A DNA stretch of 24,000 nucleotides, taken from Paratissierella segnis (GTDB taxonomy: Bacteria > Bacillota > Clostridia > Tissierellales > Tissierellaceae). Under the pieces are notes generated by a model that saw nothing but the letters and a program-made list of their open reading frames with translations, ran no database searches and was not told where the DNA came from. Location: the NCBI RefSeq assembly GCF_014385195.1, contig NZ_JACRTG010000004.1:20851-44850 (forward strand). Direction: 5' to 3'. This document shows, in pieces, positions 16,880-22,881 of the stretch (position 1 is the first letter of the stretch; every line of letters starts with the position of its first letter). Made by a program: the position numbers and the translations under genes.

Positions 16880-16947
16880 TATCCGGCACGAATAATATAA
16901 AAATGCTATTATTAAATTGCCAAAAGAATATGAAAGGAGGGAAGACA

Positions 16948-17091
16948 ATGAAAAAGATATTATTATATATCAGTAGTTTAGTTGCCAGCTTTGCGTTTAT
17001 AGTTACTTCATCAAATGTAAATACAACATGTGCTTTCCTAATTCATCAACCTAAACTGCCGCAGGGAGCAGAAAAATTATCTAAGCATTAA
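16948..17091 (+). CDS. agrD: AgrD-type autoinducing peptide precursor (47 aa)
   Basis: MKKILLYISSLVASFAFIVTSSNVNTTCAFLIHQPKLPQGAEKLSKH. It has an amphipathic leader, a single Cys, then four residues followed by HQP and a charged tail, as in clostridial AgrD. An AAAGGAGGG RBS lies 6 nt upstream. The stop overlaps the agrB ATG (TAATG). Confidence 0.8.
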   Translation: MKKILLYISSLVASFAFIVTSSNVNTTCAFLIHQPKLPQGAEKLSKH

Positions 17092-17672
17092 TGATAGGAG
17101 CATTTGCAGATAAGATAACGAATTACCTTATGAAAAACGGATTTGTTCCGCGTGAAGATCGAGAGATTTATGCATATGGTTTGCACCTAGGCATAATAAT
17201 GATTATAAACTTTATAACTTTCATTTTAATCGGTTTATTTTTCAAAATGGTCAAAGAAAGTTTAGTGTTTATGATATTTTATATTCCTTTGAGAACCTAT
17301 GCAGGAGGATATCATGCTAAAACACCGACAAGGTGTTATTTCCTATCTATACTTATGATTCTATCAGTGCTTTTGGCTGTAAAGACTGCTTCTTGGACAA
17401 ATTCTATGGTTATAGGTATGTCGTTGTTAAGTGGGATAACCATATTTGCTCTAGTGCCTGTAGAGGATGGAAATAAACCTTTATCTAATTCACAAGTGAT
17501 ACGATATAAGAAAGTGGCAAGAATGATTTTGGCAATTGAACTGATTGGAATTTCAATATTATTATACGGAGGATATTTTAACATAACCTTACCTATGGCA
17601 TTGTCAATTGTGACTATAAGCATTATGGTCATTCTTGGTAGGGTGAGAAATAAGCTAAATGTCATAAAATAA
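17091..17672 (+). CDS. agrB: AgrB-family membrane peptidase (AIP maturation)
   Basis: 193 aa, polytopic. The block LRTYAGGYHAKTPTRC carries the His-x6-Cys catalytic pair arrangement typical of AgrB. Confidence 0.85.
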   Translation: MIGAFADKITNYLMKNGFVPREDREIYAYGLHLGIIMIINFITFILIGLFFKMVKESLVFMIFYIPLRTYAGGYHAKTPTRCYFLSILMILSVLLAVKTASWTNSMVIGMSLLSGITIFALVPVEDGNKPLSNSQVIRYKKVARMILAIELIGISILLYGGYFNITLPMALSIVTISIMVILGRVRNKLNVIK

Positions 17673-18043
17673 GTATAATATGTCGAAAGCGGATCACTAG
17701 AGAAAAGAAATAAAAAGGGGTATAGGGATATATAATAAATTGTAAGTTATTAAAGTAGAAAACATTTTTATGATGTTGGTATGCCAATTATGGTGTTTTT
17801 GCACTAATACTAGCAAATTGCGCATATTAGTCAAGAAAATTCTATCGGTGATGTACTTTAAGTGTATAATTATGATAAGATTAGTAAATGAGTAAATATC
17901 AATATTCTAGGGGAAGTGAGATATTATCTCATTACATTGCATTACTATATAATTTTAATGACTTGATATTTTGCTTTGACTGTAATTTCTTATTTGTATT
18001 ATGAATTTATATACCAATTTATGTTGCTAGTAAAGAAGCTGAC

Positions 18044-18084
18044 AACAAATAGGCTGCATCAAAAAAAGATGCAGCCTATTTGTT
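18044..18084. terminator. Strong hairpin, probably an intrinsic terminator, ending the agrDB-side transcript
   Basis: AACAAATAGGCTGCATC - AAAAAAA - GATGCAGCCTATTTGTT, a 17-bp perfect stem with a T-rich 3' end. Confidence 0.75.
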
Positions 18085-18158
18085 TATAACGAATGAGCTC
18101 TTTCTCTTTTTTTATGCTATTATAATCTATAGTAATATTTATTATGAGAGGAAATTAA

Positions 18159-19300
18159 ATGGATATGGTCAGTATTGTAAAATGTATAGAATATGATTAT
18201 AATGAAGTGCTAAATTCGGTTAAAAAGTGTCTAGATGGCATCGAAGGGATTAAGAAGATTGAAAAGGGCAGCAGAGTTCTGGTAAAAACCAATCTGCTAA
18301 AGAAAAACAAACCAGAGGATGGAGTTACGACACATCCATATATAGTAGAAGGCGTAGTAAGATATCTTCAAGATCTGGATTGTCAGGTAATAGTAGGGGA
18401 TAGCCCCGGTGGTCCGTTAACAAAGAGAATACTAAAAGGAATATATGAAACATCAGGTTTGATTGGAGTACAAGAGAGAACAGGCTGTGAGTTAAACTAT
18501 GATGTAGATTCAAAGGATATTTATAATGAAAATGCAGAATTTGTAAAGCATATGAAAATTGTAAAAGCTTTCGATGAAGTGGATTATGTAGTTTCCTGTG
18601 CAAAGCTTAAAACCCATGGGATGATGACTTATACAGGAGCGGTCAAGAATCTGTTCGGAGTTATCCCCGGTGTAACTAAAGCGGATTATCATCTTAAGAT
18701 GAATGACTCAAATAATTTTGCAAATATGTTGTTGGATATATGTGAATATATAAATCCCGTTTTCTTTATTATAGATGCAATTGAATGTATGGAAGGCAAC
18801 GGACCTTCTTCGGGAGATATACGAAAAGTAGGACTGATTATGGCATCTGAAAACCCTTATTTGTTGGATTATTTTGCTGTAAAAGTTGCTGGTATAGACT
18901 ATAAGTTGGTACCAACTATAACCGAATCCTTGAAAAGAAATTTACTTAAAATTAGTGATATAGAAAAAATTCCTTTAAATATAGGTGTGATGGCGTCAAA
19001 CCATTTAAACTACCTAACTCTATAAATATTAACTTTATAGGAGGTAGGGTTCCGAGATTTGTAGAGGACTTCGTTAACAATTATTTAAGACCTATGCCTG
19101 TGGTGAATAAAGGGAAATGTATATCTTGTAAAATATGCATGGAAAATTGCCCTGCTAAAGTAATTACTATGCAAAATAGTAAACCTAAGATTAATACAAA
19201 GAATTGCATAAGATGTTTTTGCTGTCATGAATTATGTCCTAAAAAGGCTATAGATATAAAAGAACACCCTATACATAGGTTGATATTTGGACAAAAATAA
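18159..19300 (+). pseudogene. DUF362 domain protein fused to a 2x[4Fe-4S] ferredoxin domain, interrupted by a frameshift near 18985-18995
   Basis: Track ORFs 18159-19025 (DUF362-like, VIVGDSPGG ... AKLKTHG ... MEGNGP) and 19094-19300 (CISCKICMENCP ... CIRCFCCHELCP). The ferredoxin frame is open back to 18959 and reads DGVKPFKLPNSININFIGGRVPRFVEDFVNNYLRPMPVV, which is a typical linker of single-chain DUF362-ferredoxin proteins. Confidence 0.6.
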
Positions 19301-19320
19301 GGATGGGCTTTCCATCCTTA
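19298..19320. terminator. Bidirectional terminator hairpin
   Basis: TAAGGATGG - GCTTT - CCATCCTTA followed by TTTCATTTC. It lies between convergent genes. Confidence 0.7.
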
Positions 19321-19341
19321 TTTCATTTCAATGATTATTAT

Positions 19342-19569
19342 TTAATCATATAATTCTGGATCTTTAGGATTTTGTAAAATGATATTGGATGAATGAATCA
19401 AGGCATCTAATCCCTTATTAAAAGGATCATCGGGATATGGATTTTCATTTTCATAAATGTAATCTGTAATACCAACATAATCTATATCATCTAATTCATC
19501 CAAATTTGGATTTGAATCTTCATTAAAATCTTCGAAGGTAATGTCATAATTTTTAGGCCTTTTTTTCAT
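19342..19569 (-). CDS. Small acidic hypothetical protein (75 aa)
   Basis: ATG 19569 follows a GGAGGTG RBS; the track start 19611 lacks an RBS. MKKRPKNYDITFEDFNEDSNPNLDELDDIDY... has no recognisable family. Confidence 0.5.
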   Translation of the reverse strand: MKKRPKNYDITFEDFNEDSNPNLDELDDIDYVGITDYIYENENPYPDDPFNKGLDALIHSSNIILQNPKDPELYD

Positions 19570-19597
19570 ATAAACACCTCCGAAACTAGTATATCCA

Positions 19598-19636
19598 AAT
19601 TCACAATTCACAATTCACAATTCACAATTCACAATT
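19598..19636. repeat. Heptanucleotide microsatellite, (AATTCAC)x5 plus AATT
   Basis: Perfect tandem copies at 19598-19632 plus a partial copy. It lies between the metQ stop (19635-19637) and the small ORF. Confidence 0.95.
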
Positions 19637-20435
19637 AAAATGCCGGTACTACTCCACCATCATAGTTTTCCTCGATGAATTTTCTAACTTTATCTGACTG
19701 CAAAGCTTTTAACAATTTTTGAAACTTTTCTTGATTTTCTTCACCCTCTCTTACAGCTACAATATTAGCATAAGGTGAGTCTTTATCCTCTATTATTAAT
19801 CCGTCATTAACCGGGTTCAATCCTGCTTCCAAAGCATAATTCCCATTGATTACAGCGCCATCAACATCATCTAGTACTCTTGGAAGCCCTGCAGCTTCCA
19901 AAGCTGTTATTTTTATGTTTTTAGGGTTTTCAACTATATCTTTTTCCGTAGCACTTAGTCCGGCACCTTCTTTTAATTTAATTAATCCGTTGTGCTCCAA
20001 TAAAATCAATGCCCTGCCCCCGTTAACACTATCATTTGGAACTACGATCTCAGCATTATTGGGTATTTCGTCCAAAGAATTATATTTATTTGAATACAAT
20101 GCCATAGGTTCAACATGTACACTTCCCAAAGATATCAATTTTACGTTTTGCTTAGCAACAAAATCTTCTAAATAAGGAAGATGCTGAAAGAAATTTGCAT
20201 CCAATTCTCCATCGTTTAAAGCAATATTTGGCTGGACATAATCTGTAAAGGTAACTGTCTTAACCTCTATACCTTCTTTTTTCAAATCATCAATTACCAA
20301 TGAAATTAGTTTTTCATGGGGTTCAGGGGACACTCCAATGATTATTTCATTATCTTTTTCTGACTTTTCACTGTAGCCTGCTAATAAGGATAAAGATAAA
20401 ATAGATATTATTAAAATTGAAAATATTTTTTTCAT
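19635..20435 (-). CDS. metQ: Methionine ABC transporter substrate-binding protein (MetQ/NlpA family). The lipobox cysteine is replaced by Tyr.
   Basis: 266 aa. The blocks IIIGVSPEPHEKL, FTDYVQPNIALNDGELDANFFQH and NGNYA are typical of MetQ. The signal peptide ends LLAGY (TAC at plus 20373-20375) where LLAGC is expected. Confidence 0.88.
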   Translation of the reverse strand: MKKIFSILIISILSLSLLAGYSEKSEKDNEIIIGVSPEPHEKLISLVIDDLKKEGIEVKTVTFTDYVQPNIALNDGELDANFFQHLPYLEDFVAKQNVKLISLGSVHVEPMALYSNKYNSLDEIPNNAEIVVPNDSVNGGRALILLEHNGLIKLKEGAGLSATEKDIVENPKNIKITALEAAGLPRVLDDVDGAVINGNYALEAGLNPVNDGLIIEDKDSPYANIVAVREGEENQEKFQKLLKALQSDKVRKFIEENYDGGVVPAF

Positions 20436-20453
20436 TTATATTCCTCCAATAAT

Positions 20454-21095
20454 TTATTTTTTGTTAATACTGGTTGATAGTTTATTTCCTAAAAATTGTA
20501 TTGATTGTACCAAAAAAACAATAATTAAAACTGAATAAATCATAACATCTGTTTTAAAACCATAATATCCAAAACGTATTGCCAAATCTCCCAGGCCACC
20601 GCCGCCAAGAGCTCCTGCCATAGCGGAATATCCGATTAGATTGATTATAGTAAGGGTTATTCCCAATATAATAGAGGGCATGGCTTCGGGTATCAATACC
20701 TTGAAAATAATTTGTGGAATACTGGCACCCATGGATAGGCTTAATTCAATTACACCTTTATCTACTTCTTTAAAGCTACTTTCCATAACTCTGGCAACGA
20801 AAGGAGCAGCTGCTATGGATAATGGAATTATAGTAGCAGTAGTCCCTATTCTTGTACCAACTATGAGTTTGGACAATGGAAACAATAAAATCATAAGAAT
20901 TAAAAATGGAAATGATCTTAATGCATTAATTATTCCATTGAGAATTTTATTAAGTAGCGGTTGTTCCCATATATTGCCCTTTTCAGTTACTACTAGGAGT
21001 ACCCCTAAAGGGAATCCTAACAGTACCGAGAAAATAGTAGAGAATAATACCATATATAGGGTTTCCATTAAAGGTTGTACAAATAAATCAGCCAT
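20454..21095 (-). CDS. metI: Methionine ABC transporter permease
   Basis: 213-aa polytopic ORF in the MetI-like permease family. Its start overlaps the metN stop. Confidence 0.88.
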   Translation of the reverse strand: MADLFVQPLMETLYMVLFSTIFSVLLGFPLGVLLVVTEKGNIWEQPLLNKILNGIINALRSFPFLILMILLFPLSKLIVGTRIGTTATIIPLSIAAAPFVARVMESSFKEVDKGVIELSLSMGASIPQIIFKVLIPEAMPSIILGITLTIINLIGYSAMAGALGGGGLGDLAIRFGYYGFKTDVMIYSVLIIVFLVQSIQFLGNKLSTSINKK

Positions 21096-22099
21096 TATAT
21101 CACCTCCACATGTACATTTTCATTTTTAAGATATGAAAGTGCACGATTTATTTCATCATCTTCACCAATGAATTCCAGCATCAGATATCCAACATTTGTT
21201 GCTTGCAGCTTGTTGATATTTCCGGAAAGTATATTTATATTTATATCGAAATTTTTCATAACTTCTGAAATTATAGGTTTTTTTGCACTATTTCCAAGAT
21301 AACTTAGTCTAATAATTTTTCCTTGAAAATCATCAGGATTTATAAACTCATCGTCTATATTTTCAGGTATAGCATTTACAAAATTTTTAGCAGTCTTAGT
21401 TTGTGGTGATTTAAACAAATTTTCAACGGTATTTACTTCTATAATTCTTCCATTTTCCATGATTGCAACTCTATCGCATATTTCCTTAACTACTTCCATT
21501 TGATGTGTTATCATTACAATGGTAAGTCCAAGTTCCTTCCTAATTTTATTTAGTAGAGAAAGTATGGACTTAGTTGTTTTTGGATCAAGTGCAGAAGTAC
21601 CTTCATCACTTAATAACAATTTTGGCTTATTAGCTATGGCTCTGGCAATTGCCACCCTTTGTTTTTGTCCGCCGCTAAGTTGGCTTGGATAGGCATATTT
21701 TTTATCTGTCAATTCAACGTAAGATAATAGTTCGTTTACTCTATTTTCAATTTGTTCACTACTTTGTCTTTCTAATTGTAATGGGAAAGCAATATTTTCA
21801 TATACTGTTTTTTGAGAAAGAAGATTGAAATGCTGAAAGATCATGCCAATTTCCTTCCTTTGTTTCCTTAAATCCTCCTTGCCCAATCCCGTTATATCAA
21901 TTCCATCTATAACAATCTTTCCGCTTGAAGGTTCTTCTAGTCTATTGACACATCTTATAAGGGTAGATTTACCGGCACCGCTTAAACCGATAATACCAAA
22001 AATCTCCCCTTTTTCTATTTTAAGATTGACTTCTTTGACTGCAGTTAAGGTATCTTCTCCTACTATAAAGTTTTTCGTGAGATTTTCAATTTGTATCAT
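21095..22099 (-). CDS. metN: Methionine ABC transporter ATP-binding protein with a C-terminal NIL domain
   Basis: Walker A GLSGAGKST, signature LSGGQKQR and Walker B LLLSDE. A C-terminal regulatory domain of about 90 aa is present. The gene is preceded by a SAM riboswitch. Confidence 0.92.
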   Translation of the reverse strand: MIQIENLTKNFIVGEDTLTAVKEVNLKIEKGEIFGIIGLSGAGKSTLIRCVNRLEEPSSGKIVIDGIDITGLGKEDLRKQRKEIGMIFQHFNLLSQKTVYENIAFPLQLERQSSEQIENRVNELLSYVELTDKKYAYPSQLSGGQKQRVAIARAIANKPKLLLSDEGTSALDPKTTKSILSLLNKIRKELGLTIVMITHQMEVVKEICDRVAIMENGRIIEVNTVENLFKSPQTKTAKNFVNAIPENIDDEFINPDDFQGKIIRLSYLGNSAKKPIISEVMKNFDININILSGNINKLQATNVGYLMLEFIGEDDEINRALSYLKNENVHVEVI

Positions 22100-22126
22100 T
22101 ATTACACCTCATTTGTTTTTTACATT

Positions 22127-22259
22127 AAAAAAACCTCTTGATAAAAGAGGCGGCCGTTCCTCTCTCATCTCTCGGTAAATACCGTTGGAATTAGCACCTT
22201 GTAATTTCACAGGTTGCTGGGCTTCATCGGGCCAATCCCTCCACCTCTCTGGATAAGAG
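22127..22259 (-). promoter_or_regulatory. SAM-I (S-box) riboswitch with terminator
   Basis: On the minus strand: CTCTTATCCAGAGAGGTGGAGGGATTGGCCCGATGAAGCCCAGCAACC ... AAGGTGCTAATTCCAAC ... GAGAGATGAGAG, then CCTCTT-TTATC-AAGAGG plus T7. Confidence 0.92.
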
Positions 22260-22345
22260 TTATGATTTTCTAACGAATAGGAAAATTAAACTTTATAATG
22301 AGAATTTCCTTAAGTTTTCGATAGAAACTTTTCAATTTAAATTTT

Positions 22346-22374
22346 ATTCTATATCTTATCATTTGCTTTGTCAA
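22346..22374 (-). promoter_or_regulatory. sigma-A type promoter of the metNIQ leader
   Basis: On the minus strand, TTGACA (plus 22369-22374), a 17-nt spacer, then TAGAAT (plus 22346-22351). It lies about 80 nt upstream of the riboswitch. Confidence 0.6.
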
Positions 22375-22555
22375 CTAAAATTTTAGAATATTGTGGTTAT
22401 ATTTTGATAATGTCACCTATAATTATCTTTTAAGACCCCATGGCTTGACCCTAAAATCGTAGATCCCTCGTTGCACTCAAGGATGACACCAGCAGTGATT
22501 ATACTGCCTTTTATCAACTGTATTTTCACTGTTGCTTATCACTTTGCCCTATGTT

Positions 22556-22590
22556 TTACCTATTACCTATTACTTATTACCGATTACCTA
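22556..22590. repeat. Heptanucleotide tandem array, (TACCTAT)-like x5
   Basis: TACCTAT TACCTAT TACTTAT TACCGAT TACCTAT. Confidence 0.9.
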
Positions 22591-22748
22591 TCTTTCCTGT
22601 TTTTCACTCTTAGTTCTTAACTCTTCATATCTTAAAACCAGAGATCCTTCGGTAGTTAAGTTAATCCTGCCCGTCTCGCCCTTAGATTACAAAGGGTACA
22701 CAGCAGGACGACCCAAGGGTCGATTGTGAATTGATTTGTGTATTGCCT

Positions 22749-22777
22749 TTGTTCATTTAAGTAAAAAGTGTTATAAT
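22749..22777 (+). promoter_or_regulatory. Extended -10 promoter upstream of the ferredoxin/hydrogenase genes
   Basis: TTGTTC (22749-22754), a 17-nt spacer ending in TG, then TATAAT (22772-22777), so TGTTATAAT reads as TGnTATAAT. Confidence 0.55.
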
Positions 22778-22815
22778 TAAATAAATTGTAAACCGTCATT
22801 TGTATGTAGATAATT

Positions 22816-22829
22816 TAACAATATTGTTA
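22816..22829. promoter_or_regulatory. Perfect 14-bp palindrome, candidate operator
   Basis: TAACAATATTGTTA is immediately followed by a second TATAAT (22830-22835). It fills the spacer of a possible TAGATA-17-TATAAT promoter. Confidence 0.45.
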
Positions 22830-22881
22830 TATAATTAATTGTGAAAGATATTTAGTATAAAAGATTAATAGGAGGAGTTTC

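Noticed and set aside
16903-16947. The N-terminal 15-residue extension of the agrD ORF given in the track
   Set aside because: No RBS precedes 16903. The strong AAAGGAGGG sits 6 nt before ATG 16948, and the 47-aa product has typical AgrD length.
17336-17665. 109-aa minus-strand ORF inside agrB
   Set aside because: It is antisense to a strongly supported CDS, lacks an RBS, and its hydrophobic translation mirrors the membrane protein. A non-coding antisense transcript is considered separately in the findings.
17770-17895. 41-codon Cys-rich ORF (MMLVCQLWCFCTNTSK...) downstream of agrB
   Set aside because: It has no Shine-Dalgarno sequence and no signal or leader features, and the AT-rich context makes such frames frequent. 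I kept it only as a note under the untranslated-tail finding.
18325-18692. Minus-strand ORFs 18325-18603 and 18510-18692
   Set aside because: They are antisense to the DUF362-like CDS.
19598-19636. The heptamer array as a phase-variable promoter spacer, or as a CRISPR-like array
   Set aside because: The TTGTGA units sit 14, 21 and 28 nt from the nearest -10-like TATACT, and adding or removing units does not change the proximal spacing. Contiguous 7-nt units without spacers are not CRISPR.
19846-22178. Plus-strand ORFs 19846-20175, 20641-21129 and 21843-22178
   Set aside because: They are antisense shadows of metQ, metI and metN.
22532-22729. 65-aa ORF (…LPITYYLLPITY…) in the GC-rich island
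   Set aside because: It reads through a 7-nt tandem repeat that is not a multiple of 3, is low-complexity, has a TTG-type start and has no RBS.
22838-22860. Rex-type operator at TTGTGAAAGATATTTAGT
   Set aside because: Only the left half-site matches. The right half bears no resemblance to TTCACAA.
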